Below are positions 1 through 8,757 of a stretch of 64,000 nt of DNA, piece by piece (the first letter of the stretch is position 1; every line of letters begins with the position of its first letter). The stretch is from a bacterium (lineage in GTDB: Bacteria; UBA8248; JACPRG01; G963555815), in contig OZ244653.1 in assembly GCA_965218795.1 (NCBI GenBank), positions 4,864,001 through 4,928,000 of the forward strand, in the 5' to 3' direction. The notes under the pieces are model-generated. The model ran no database searches, was not told where the DNA came from, and saw nothing but the letters and a program-made list of their open reading frames with translations. Position numbers and translations under genes: made by a program.

Positions 1-1487
1 GGGACGCCGAGTTCTTCCGCCGCGATCTGGGAGAGCACGGTCTCGCATCCCTGGCCGATGTCCACGGCGCCGGCTACGAGCCCCATCGTTCCATCCTCAT
101 TGACCTTGACGAAGGCCCCCGCTGACAAAAGTCCGCTGATGTGATGGAGTGCGGCAATGCCCATCCCGCGCATCGTCCCTGGTTTCGCGGAACCGGATGT
201 TCTCCAGCCCGCCCGAGAAGCGGCTTCATCGAAGCAGCGTTTCAGTCCCACGCTGGTGAATTTCGTTCCCCCGAGGGCCGCATCTCCGACCCCTACGGCG
301 TTCTTGAGACGAATGTCCAGGGGATCGATCCCCAGCCGATCGGCAATCATGTCGAGTTGGGATTCGGATGCGAACGTGGCCTGGGGGTTGCCGAACCCGC
401 GGAAAGCCCCGGACTTCGGCAGGTTCGTGTACACGCAATAGCCGTCGACCTGGACGTTGGGAATCCTGTAAGGCCCGCGGGCCATCATTGCTCCGAAGCC
501 CGTGATTCCCGGCCCGTCGTCGGCATAGGCGCCGGTGTTGTAATAAAGCCTCACCTGCTTCGCCGTGATGCACCCGTCCTTTTTCACCCCCGTCTTGATC
601 TCGATCCGGCAGCTGTGGCGGGGTTTCGAGAAGATAAACTCTTCCTGGCGGTTCAGGTAAAGCTTCACCTTGGCGCCGCACTTCAGAGCCAGCGCGCCGG
701 CCATCGGTTGGACGGTGGGCTCCATGCGTCCTCCGAACCCGCCACCGACACGCGTGTTGATCACGTGGATTCTCGACTGGGGGATGACCAGCGATTCCGA
801 TATCCGGATCTGCGTCAAATGAACGGACTGCGTGTTGCTCCAGATGATCAACCTGCCGGAGGCGTCCACGTCTGCGACAGCCCCGCTGCGCTCCATGTAG
901 GTCTGGTGAACGCGCGGAGTCGTGAACGTATCCTCAAAGATTTCGTCGGCTTCGGAAAACCCTTTTTCCAGGTCTCCCTCGAGGAACGTCGTATGGGAAC
1001 ACACGTTTCCATCCTGCACCGCCGGGTAGATGGTGATGTAATCTTTGAGGTCCGGATGCAGGACAGGCGCGTCCGGGGCCATGGCCTGATCGACGGTGAA
1101 TACCGCGGGAAGCTCTTCGTATTGGACTTCAATGAGCTGGATCGCTTCGGCCGCCGCCTCGTCGGTTCTGGCCGCCACGACCGCCACCGGCTCTCCGACG
1201 TACAGGGCGATGCCTCTTGCGATGGCCGGCTCGTCCTTGATAAACGGCCCCATTCGGCCCTCGGGCAGGTCTTCCCCGGTCAGGACCGCCTTCACGCCCG
1301 GAACGCGCAGCGCCTTCTCGGCGTTCACGGCGGCGATTCGGGCGTGCGGATACGGACTCCACACGACACGAGCGACGAGGGCCTCGTCATGCCGCTCGTC
1401 GTCGAAATACCGTGAGCGTCCGGTCACCTTCTCTGCGGCGTCGACCTTTACGACCCGGGTACCGACCAGCGCATGGGTTGTCGTCAT
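1..1487 (-). CDS. Xanthine dehydrogenase/CO dehydrogenase family molybdopterin-binding large subunit (3' end runs off the window)
   Basis: Not in the ORF track. Manual translation from ATG at 1487 gives MTTTHALVGTRVVKVDAAEKVTG..., VINTRVGGGFGGR and GAFRGFG. It lies directly after the FAD and 2Fe-2S subunit genes. Confidence 0.92.
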   Translation of the reverse strand, partial: MTTTHALVGTRVVKVDAAEKVTGRSRYFDDERHDEALVARVVWSPYPHARIAAVNAEKALRVPGVKAVLTGEDLPEGRMGPFIKDEPAIARGIALYVGEPVAVVAARTDEAAAEAIQLIEVQYEELPAVFTVDQAMAPDAPVLHPDLKDYITIYPAVQDGNVCSHTTFLEGDLEKGFSEADEIFEDTFTTPRVHQTYMERSGAVADVDASGRLIIWSNTQSVHLTQIRISESLVIPQSRIHVINTRVGGGFGGRMEPTVQPMAGALALKCGAKVKLYLNRQEEFIFSKPRHSCRIEIKTGVKKDGCITAKQVRLYYNTGAYADDGPGITGFGAMMARGPYRIPNVQVDGYCVYTNLPKSGAFRGFGNPQATFASESQLDMIADRLGIDPLDIRLKNAVGVGDAALGGTKFTSVGLKRCFDEAASRAGWRTSGSAKPGTMRGMGIAALHHISGLLSAGAFVKVNEDGTMGLVAGAVDIGQGCETVLSQIAAEELGV

Positions 1488-1527
1488 TCCCGACCTCTCT
1501 TGTTCTACGATTCCAGAATGCCGAGCG

Positions 1528-2004
1528 TCAGCGGCCGCCGGCGGACGTTTGGGCGGCGACCTCAATCGCTTCAAGAATCTTGACGTAACCCGTGCAGCGG
1601 CACAGGTTTCCCGCGATATGAGTCTTGATTTCCTCCCTGGATGGCTGCGGGTTCGCATTCAACAGCGCTTTCGCGGCGAGGATCATCCCGGGTATGCAGA
1701 ACCCGCACTGAACCGCGCCGGTCTGCATAAACGCCTCCTGAAGCGGGTCCAGTTTGCCGTCTCTCGCCAGCCCTTCAATCGTCGTCACCTCTTTCCCCAC
1801 GGCATCGAACGCGAACATGAGACAGGAACGGACCGCCGTGCCGTTCAGGAGTACGGTGCACGATCCGCACTCACCGACTTCGCATGCCTCCTTCGTTCCC
1901 GTCAGATGCAGCCGGTCCCGCAGCACCTCGATGAGGAGCTCGTTGGCCTTTGCGTCGACCACCTCACGCTCGCCGTTGATCTCCAGGTTCAGCTGAATCT
2001 GCAT
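1528..2004 (-). CDS. 2Fe-2S small subunit of Mo-hydroxylase (CoxS/XdhC-like)
   Basis: CEVGECGSC...C, QCGFC and NLCRCTGY motifs. Confidence 0.95.
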   Translation of the reverse strand: MQIQLNLEINGEREVVDAKANELLIEVLRDRLHLTGTKEACEVGECGSCTVLLNGTAVRSCLMFAFDAVGKEVTTIEGLARDGKLDPLQEAFMQTGAVQCGFCIPGMILAAKALLNANPQPSREEIKTHIAGNLCRCTGYVKILEAIEVAAQTSAGGR

Positions 2005-2012
2005 CGGGTGAC

Positions 2013-2900
2013 CTAAGCCTCCAGCTTCACACCGTTGGATTCCAGGGCGTTCAGCAACCCCCGCCGGACGAGGACCCGGACCATCTTGCGCCGATATTCG
2101 GCCGAGCCCCGGAGATCCGAGAGCGGAGCGGCTTCTTCAGCCGCCGCGGTCGCCGTCTCATTGATGAGTCCAGCGACCGGCCGCTGACCCCGCAGCGCCT
2201 CTTCCGCCCGGGGGCAGCGAATCGGTCTCGGGGCCGCCGCCGCCAGTCCGATTCGAACGTCTTCCACCGCTGCTCCATCTTCGCAGGCGATCGTGACCGA
2301 CGCGGAGACGACCGGTATATCCGTAGCGTTCTTTCGCAGCTTCTCATGGGCGCCGCTGCGTTCGGCAAGCTCCGGGGCGACGGTGATCCGGGTCAGGATT
2401 TCATCTTCGGCCAGCTGCGTTTCAAAGGTGTCGACGAAGAAGTCCTCCACGGCCATGACCCGCTCGCCGTCCGCGCTTTGCAGGTGGACCTGAGCGCCCG
2501 CGGCGATGAGTGCCGAGGCCATGTCGGTTGCCGGGTCGGCATGGGCGATGCTGCCGCCCACGGTCCCCATGTTGCGAATGGGCAGGGAGGCCACATATCC
2601 CGCCGCTATGGAAAGCACGGGGTAATGCTCGGCCACGACCTCGGAGTCTGCGATCCATTGATGCCGGACGAGTGCTCCCACGTCCAGGCCCTGTTCAGGT
2701 TGGAAATCAATTTGATCAATGCCCGGAATGGTTTTGATATTGATGAGAAATCGCGGCTGGATGAGATCGTACTTCATCAGGATGGCGAGGGCGATCCCGC
2801 CCGCGATAAGCTTGGCTTCTCCGGCGTGCTCCCGGAGGAGCGCGCAGGCTTCCTCGGTCGAGCCGGCTTCGATGTACTCGAACTCACGAATCCTGGCCAT
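2013..2900 (-). CDS. FAD-binding medium subunit of Mo-hydroxylase (CoxM-like)
   Basis: KLIAGG, IRNMGTVGGSIAHADPATD and SDLRGSAEYRR motifs. Start placed at MARIREFEY. Confidence 0.94.
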   Translation of the reverse strand: MARIREFEYIEAGSTEEACALLREHAGEAKLIAGGIALAILMKYDLIQPRFLINIKTIPGIDQIDFQPEQGLDVGALVRHQWIADSEVVAEHYPVLSIAAGYVASLPIRNMGTVGGSIAHADPATDMASALIAAGAQVHLQSADGERVMAVEDFFVDTFETQLAEDEILTRITVAPELAERSGAHEKLRKNATDIPVVSASVTIACEDGAAVEDVRIGLAAAAPRPIRCPRAEEALRGQRPVAGLINETATAAAEEAAPLSDLRGSAEYRRKMVRVLVRRGLLNALESNGVKLEA

Positions 2901-3013
2901 CACGATCTCTCGGGTCAGGGTCCCTGCCGGGCCCGGTTGCCGGCGCTCCACACTCCATCCGGCCGCATTCGCTTCGATAGCGGTTTTCGCGCTCGCCCGT
3001 ATTTCCCGATGGT

Positions 3014-4510
3014 CTAAGCCGACCCGGCGCTTCCCCTGCTTCCCGATGGCAGATGCGTGATCTCCTCGTCCGTAATCTTGTCGTCGGGCGGCAGTTCAAT
3101 CAGCGGCTTGTCGTACGTATCCACGAACCCATCGATGTAGTCGCCCAGATTGATGGTGTGCGTTGGGAAGTAGCAGGGCTGGTTCATCATCGGGGAGACG
3201 GTCTTGTCGATTCCAATCGGGCGCGTGCAGTCGAAGCCCATCTTCGTTACCACCGAATCGACCGTCGTGGGATCGAGCGGGATGCCGAGGCTGTCCTGGA
3301 TGAAGACGACGTCGTCCCTTCCTCGGCAGCGGGTCGCGAAGGCCCATTCGACCTGAACGTGGTTGCGGGCATCGATGTCCTCGTCCACGACCCATACGTT
3401 CTTCACGCCCTGATAGGAAAGCACGTTCGAGATGACCTGCTTTCCATGGCCCGGGTAAACCTTCTTGATGCGGACCACACAATCGAAGTACGTGCAGCCG
3501 CCCGGCGTGAGATAGACGTCGCGGATACATTCCTCGGGAAATACCCGGGCCAGCGCTTGATAGACTTCCACTTGGTTCGTGATGAGCATCGGCTGGTTCT
3601 CGTCGGGCGGCGGGCCGGTGACGATGTCGTTGTAGATGGGTTCGTTGCGGTGCGTGATGGCGGTCACGTTGAAGACCGGCGCCAGCCGTTCGTCACCGTA
3701 GTAGCCCGTAAACTCCACGAATGGGGCCTCGGGCTTGCGCTCGCGAGGCGGGATGAGTCCTTCGAGGATGATCTCGGCGTTCGCCGGCGCCTCGACGTCG
3801 ATGGTCTCACAGCGCACCATCTCGACGGCCTTGCCCCGCTGCGCCCCGGCGAAGGCGAACTCATCATCGTCGAGCGGCATGCTGGTCGAGGCCGCGATCA
3901 TGGAGGCTGGATCGGCGCCTATGGCGACGGCCATGGGGCACGGCTCGTCGCGCTCCCAGTACATCATGATGATCTGCCAAAGATTGAACGGGCTCATCCA
4001 CAACCCGGTCTGGTTTTTCTCGTGGATATAGAGGCGATGAACAGAGGCATTGTGGACCCGGGTAACGGGGTGCTGGACGATGCAGCACGCGGCGTCGATG
4101 TACCAGCCTCTGTCTTTCTTCGCGTGCCAGGTGATGGGGAACATGTTCAAGTCGATATCGTCCCCCTGAATGATGTTTTCTTTGCAGGGCCCCTCCTTCA
4201 CCACCTTTGGCTGGAATTCGCCCATCCGTTTGGAACGCTCGAAGTAATCATGCGTGAAGTTTTCCGGCGTCGTGTCGAGGCCCATGCAGACGCGCTTCTG
4301 TGTGCCGTATACGGCCACGGTCAGAGGAATACGGTTGTCTTTTCCTTTGACCTTCTCGAACCAGAGAGCCGGTCCCTGAAAATCGATGGATTTCTTGGCC
4401 ACCAGCGTGGATTCGAGGTATGGGTCCACTTCTCTTGATACGCGTTTGAGCTCGCCTTCGGATTCAAGACATTCAAGATAGGTACGAAAATCGTCGAACG
4501 ACATACTCAC
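3014..4510 (-). CDS. UbiD family prFMN-dependent (de)carboxylase
   Basis: DFRTYLECLESEGEL N-terminus, NASVHR (catalytic Arg), EAPFVEFTGYY, VVDEDID, VEWAFATR and KMGFDCT. Confidence 0.93.
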   Translation of the reverse strand: MSMSFDDFRTYLECLESEGELKRVSREVDPYLESTLVAKKSIDFQGPALWFEKVKGKDNRIPLTVAVYGTQKRVCMGLDTTPENFTHDYFERSKRMGEFQPKVVKEGPCKENIIQGDDIDLNMFPITWHAKKDRGWYIDAACCIVQHPVTRVHNASVHRLYIHEKNQTGLWMSPFNLWQIIMMYWERDEPCPMAVAIGADPASMIAASTSMPLDDDEFAFAGAQRGKAVEMVRCETIDVEAPANAEIILEGLIPPRERKPEAPFVEFTGYYGDERLAPVFNVTAITHRNEPIYNDIVTGPPPDENQPMLITNQVEVYQALARVFPEECIRDVYLTPGGCTYFDCVVRIKKVYPGHGKQVISNVLSYQGVKNVWVVDEDIDARNHVQVEWAFATRCRGRDDVVFIQDSLGIPLDPTTVDSVVTKMGFDCTRPIGIDKTVSPMMNQPCYFPTHTINLGDYIDGFVDTYDKPLIELPPDDKITDEEITHLPSGSRGSAGSA

Positions 4511-4699
4511 CCCTCCCGCGTAATCGCCTGGATTCAGAATCTCCCCCTCGACCGGCGTTCAAGCCTCGGGCGGGTCTTGAAATCCTCCCCCTGCGCCGGC
4601 AGGCAACATGAAAATAAGGATATCTTGTCTAATGGTTCGAGTGTGCATCCTAAGATGGGCTTCAATTCGATGTCAACGGAGGGCCCGGCCCGTTCGGTT

Positions 4700-5122
4700 T
4701 CAGCCGCCTGAATCACAACAGCCATTGCCGTACCGCCCGCGGCGCAACCGGCGAACAGGCCGGCTCCTCCACCGCGCATCGCGGGTTCTCCAATCATCTC
4801 GATGATCATACACATACCGGTCAGGCCCTGCGGGTGATCCCAAATCAATGAGCAATCATCGTTGTTCATGCGATCGAGATCGATGCCGGTTTCCTTTGAG
4901 ACCGGTGGGCCAGGGAAGTCCGTCAAAGGAATGCCGCTGGGGGACGGTCATCCCGAGAACTCCAAAGTCGAATGCGTTCGGGAGGATACTGCGCCGTCAG
5001 CTCTTGTTTCGCTGCATGGGCCGCAAATTCGATGCTGTGCAGTCTGGCGAAGCCGCCCTGCCGCTTGGTGAAGGGCGAACAACCCAATAGGCGCCATAAG
5101 GAATTTCGCCTTGAAAGGGCAA
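4700..5122 (-). pseudogene. Thiolase remnant with frameshifts and a large internal deletion
   Basis: Across frames it reads FQGEIPYGAYW / SPFTKRQGGFARLHSIEFAAHAAKQEL / AFDFGVLGMTVPQRHSF, joined to the C-terminal IDLDRMNNDDCSLIWDHPQGLTG...GLFAGCAAGGTAMAVV. Confidence 0.75.
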
Positions 5123-5182
5123 CGTGACGTCTCCCTTCCGATGAACTGAGCCGGTCCCCCTGTCTCCTCCATCTCGTGCGGC

Positions 5183-6718
5183 TTACGATTCTCTCAGTGC
5201 CTTTTTGTCGATCTTGCCGACCGTTGTCTTGGGGATGTCCTCCTGGACATTGATGACAACGGGTACTTTGTATTTGGCGAGGTGCTCCCGGCAGTGTGTC
5301 ATGAGATCATCCGCCGTGGTTTCGGCGTCCGTCCGAAGTACAACGTACGCCTTGATGACTTCGCCCCGGTAGTCGTCGGGCACGCCGACGGCAGCGGCTT
5401 CCTGAACGGCGGAATGCATGTAGAGAACCTCGTCGATCTCGCGGGGATAAACGTTGAAGCCCCCGACGATGGCCATGTCCTTCTTGCGGTCCCGGATAAA
5501 GAGGTCGCCCTCCTCGTCGAACTCGCCGATGTCCCCGGTGTACAACCAACCATCGCGCAGGGTTTCAGCGGTCTCCTCCGGCCGGTTCCGGTACCCCGAC
5601 ATGATCTGAGGTCCGCGAGCGCGAATCTCGCCCCGGAGTCCTGTCTCCAGGACGTTGGTCCCTGTCTCCACGTCGACAATCTGCACTTCGGTCCGGGGCA
5701 GCGGCCGGCCCACTGAGCCCGGCTTCATCGTCCGTCCCTCTGCGATATAGGTGAGCACCGGACCGGCTTCGGACTGGCCGTAGCCTTCCAGGACGGGACA
5801 ACCCGTCAGCTCCTGCCAGCGCTTGAGGGTTTCCTCGGGCAGCGGGGCGGACCCGGAATAGGCGGTGCGCAATGTGGACAAGTCGGCTTCCTGACACCCT
5901 TCGCAGGCCAGCAGTCCGTTGAAAACGGTCGGCCCCGCTGGCAGGCGGGTGATCCTTTCCCTTTCGACGGCCTCCAGCACCCGGTCGGGCCGGTAGCGCG
6001 GGAGGATCACGAGACGACCCCGGCAGTACACCGACAGGTGAAGGCACATGGCGGAGGCGAACACATGGAACAAGGGCATCATGCACAGGATGGATTCTTC
6101 ATCCTTCAGCGTCGGCAAGGCCGCTTCGCGCTGGCTGATGTTGACCGACAATTGGCCGTGGGTGATGTTGACGCCCTTGGGCAGGCCGGTCGTCCCTCCT
6201 GTGTATTGAAGCGTGGCGAGGTCTTCCGCCCGGGGTTGGGGCAGGCCGGCGGATGGGTCTTCCCTCCAGACGTCCAGCAGCCTCCCATTGGGGTGACCGA
6301 CCTTGATCCCATGCGGGATCTGGAGCTCCGCCAGGAGGGGTTCCACGGTAGAGGCGGTTTCCTGGTCGTAGACGACGGCGGTCGGTTCAGCGTCGCTCAG
6401 GATGTGCGTCAGTTCGCGAGCCGTATAGACGGGATTGATGGGCACGGCCTGTGCAGTCGCCGCATGCACGGCAAACATGGCGACAGCGATTTCGATCGAG
6501 TTGCCGCAAATCAAAGCCACCCGGCCGCCGCGTGCGCCCAGATCGACGAGCTCAGCCGCGAAACCTCCGACACATCGGACCCATTCCGTGTAGGTCAGCC
6601 GGCGGTCCTCAAAGAGCAGTGCGGTGGCGTCCCCGGCCTGCTCCTCCGCATCCGCAAGCATATGGACGACCGTCTCGAATACCCTGGGCAAATGTCCTTT
6701 CGCCGTCTCCTGAACCAT
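5183..6718 (-). CDS. AMP-binding acyl-CoA ligase (long-chain fatty acid CoA ligase family)
   Basis: YTGGTTGLPKG, GYGQSE, GWLYTGD, NVYPREID and KTTVGKIDK motifs. Confidence 0.95.
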   Translation of the reverse strand: MVQETAKGHLPRVFETVVHMLADAEEQAGDATALLFEDRRLTYTEWVRCVGGFAAELVDLGARGGRVALICGNSIEIAVAMFAVHAATAQAVPINPVYTARELTHILSDAEPTAVVYDQETASTVEPLLAELQIPHGIKVGHPNGRLLDVWREDPSAGLPQPRAEDLATLQYTGGTTGLPKGVNITHGQLSVNISQREAALPTLKDEESILCMMPLFHVFASAMCLHLSVYCRGRLVILPRYRPDRVLEAVERERITRLPAGPTVFNGLLACEGCQEADLSTLRTAYSGSAPLPEETLKRWQELTGCPVLEGYGQSEAGPVLTYIAEGRTMKPGSVGRPLPRTEVQIVDVETGTNVLETGLRGEIRARGPQIMSGYRNRPEETAETLRDGWLYTGDIGEFDEEGDLFIRDRKKDMAIVGGFNVYPREIDEVLYMHSAVQEAAAVGVPDDYRGEVIKAYVVLRTDAETTADDLMTHCREHLAKYKVPVVINVQEDIPKTTVGKIDKKALRES

Positions 6719-6798
6719 CCTTGGCCCCTATCCCGTGGTCGCGACGGAGAATCGATGTGCAGGCTGTGGAGAACCCTCCATCTGGGCAGGCAACGAGC

Positions 6799-8748
6799 CT
6801 ACCAACCCGGCGGGCGTGAAACGGTGATGTGCGGCTGGACCTCCTCCTCGGTCGGAATCCATTTGGGCGTGATGAGTTTTCCCTGCGGATGCAGCTCGTG
6901 CGCGCCGGTTCCTTCTGTGAACCCCTTCTGTTTCAGATGCTCCCGCAGGGCACGGGATTCATCCTCGTTGATACGATAGTCGCAGGCCTCCGCGTCGATC
7001 TCTTCGATGACGACGCCGTAGTAATTTCGCGCCGCCTCGATACTGAGCCATTCGTCCATCACATCGGTCAAAACCAGCTGGGGGTCCCGTTCCATCGGAT
7101 TGCCGAACCCGCCCCCTCCGCTGGACGAGTAGTAAATGACGTCGCTCTTCTTCAGCTCCACGCCGGTGGCGTACATCCCCGCATTGAACTCCCGGTCCGT
7201 GTCTTTGTTGACGACGAGCATGCTGCCCCCGGCATTGAGCCCTCCGTAGATGCCCCAGGGCGGAAATTTTTCCCGGTCGCCGTGGATGGTCATGGTGACG
7301 TCTGTCTGGATCTCGAGCTCCCGCACGAGAGCGAAGCCGCCCCGATACATGCCGTGACCGCAGCTGTCCGTGCGGGCCTCGTACTTCGTGTAGATGACCG
7401 GGAACCATCGCTCCTCCAGTTCCTGCGGAATCGTCCTGGCGTTGCAAAAGCGCATGAAGATGAGGGATTTCCCGTCCTTGAACGACCTGGCGTTCTCACC
7501 GCCCACCGCATAGGTGTATTGGACGAACTGCTTCTTCGTCCGCGGATTGTAGCCGCCCATGCAAAGGTTGGTCAGGCTCACCGCCGCGGGGTAGACTCGC
7601 CATGGCTGGACTTGGCTCATGGGACCGGCCAGGCAGCCGATAGTGACCGCCTCGACCTTGTCAAAGGCGCCGGAGCAGTAACCCGTCGTCGGCGTCGGCT
7701 CCAGGACGTGCACGCATGACCCGGGCTTCGAGATGATCTCCAGGTTTCGGATGATCCCGTGGTTCAGCGGAAACAGCGCGGGGAAGCAAATCATGAAGCC
7801 CAGATAGTTCGCCCCGATCAGTGTAGGGCGCGCGGCGCCCCAGGAGGCCCGGGGCTGCGGGTCGGATTGGGTCCAATCAAAGGAGAGCTTCGTTCCTGTT
7901 TTCGTCAACTTGCAGTGGACGTAGATGGGAGGCTTGCCTTCGGCCATGACGTCCTGGTCGCCGTAGTCGCTGAACTCCCATTCCCCGTCCGGCAACTCTT
8001 CGAGTCCGGCAAGCATCAAGCGCTCGGTGTAATTGAACTGCTCTTCATACGCCAGGAAAAGGGTTTCTTTGCCGTAGCGCCCGGCCAGCTCGACCACCCG
8101 ACGGTCGATCAGCCGGGCAGCCTCGACCTGGGCCTGAAGGTCCGCCCGCCGCTCGACGGCGCCCCGGATATTGATCTCGATCAGGCTGAAGAGTTCTTCG
8201 TCCAATTCGTCGTTCTTGAACAGGCGGATGGGCGGGATGCGGAGCCCTTCGGCGAAGCAGGTGGTGGCCTCGGGGTTGAAGGTTCCGGGCATCGGTCCGC
8301 CGATGTCGGCCCAATGGATGACCGTGCAGGCAAAGGCGACAATCTCGTCTTCATAGAAGATGGGCCGGATGAGGCGGACGTCGTTGACGTGCGAACCCGT
8401 CCGGTACGGATCGCTGAAGATGAAGGTGTCGCCGGGCTTCATCGTTTCCCTGGAGAACACCTTGAGCAACTCCGCCACGGAGGGCTCAAAGGATGCGTAA
8501 TGGGCGGCCGCATCGGTGTGACCGTGGGCGACCAGACGGGCGTCGGGGGTCAGAATGGCGTTTGAGCGATCACGCCCCATGCCCACCACCGGGTGGTAGG
8601 CGATTCGCTCAATTGTCGAGGATGCTTCGTAGCAGGCCGCCACGAAGGCGTTCCGCATGACCTCAAACGTGATGAGGTCCATCTTCAAATCCTGAATCTC
8701 CGTAAGGGTTTCTTTGACGCTCAGATTGTCTTGACGCTGTTCGTCCAT
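6799..8748 (-). CDS. Hydantoinase B/oxoprolinase family subunit
   Basis: DPYRTGSHVND, HWADIGGPMPG, EGLRIPP, DSCGHGMYRGG and GGGGFGNP motifs. Confidence 0.94.
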   Translation of the reverse strand: MDEQRQDNLSVKETLTEIQDLKMDLITFEVMRNAFVAACYEASSTIERIAYHPVVGMGRDRSNAILTPDARLVAHGHTDAAAHYASFEPSVAELLKVFSRETMKPGDTFIFSDPYRTGSHVNDVRLIRPIFYEDEIVAFACTVIHWADIGGPMPGTFNPEATTCFAEGLRIPPIRLFKNDELDEELFSLIEINIRGAVERRADLQAQVEAARLIDRRVVELAGRYGKETLFLAYEEQFNYTERLMLAGLEELPDGEWEFSDYGDQDVMAEGKPPIYVHCKLTKTGTKLSFDWTQSDPQPRASWGAARPTLIGANYLGFMICFPALFPLNHGIIRNLEIISKPGSCVHVLEPTPTTGYCSGAFDKVEAVTIGCLAGPMSQVQPWRVYPAAVSLTNLCMGGYNPRTKKQFVQYTYAVGGENARSFKDGKSLIFMRFCNARTIPQELEERWFPVIYTKYEARTDSCGHGMYRGGFALVRELEIQTDVTMTIHGDREKFPPWGIYGGLNAGGSMLVVNKDTDREFNAGMYATGVELKKSDVIYYSSSGGGGFGNPMERDPQLVLTDVMDEWLSIEAARNYYGVVIEEIDAEACDYRINEDESRALREHLKQKGFTEGTGAHELHPQGKLITPKWIPTEEEVQPHITVSRPPGW

Positions 8749-8757
8749 GGCGGTCTC

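Noticed and set aside
141-1415. 424-aa plus-strand ORF, and similar long antisense ORFs (3053-4438, 9007-10326, 14512-15939, 30254-31522, 45722-46975)
   Set aside because: These are shadows of real genes on the opposite strand in GC-rich DNA and have no recognisable motifs.
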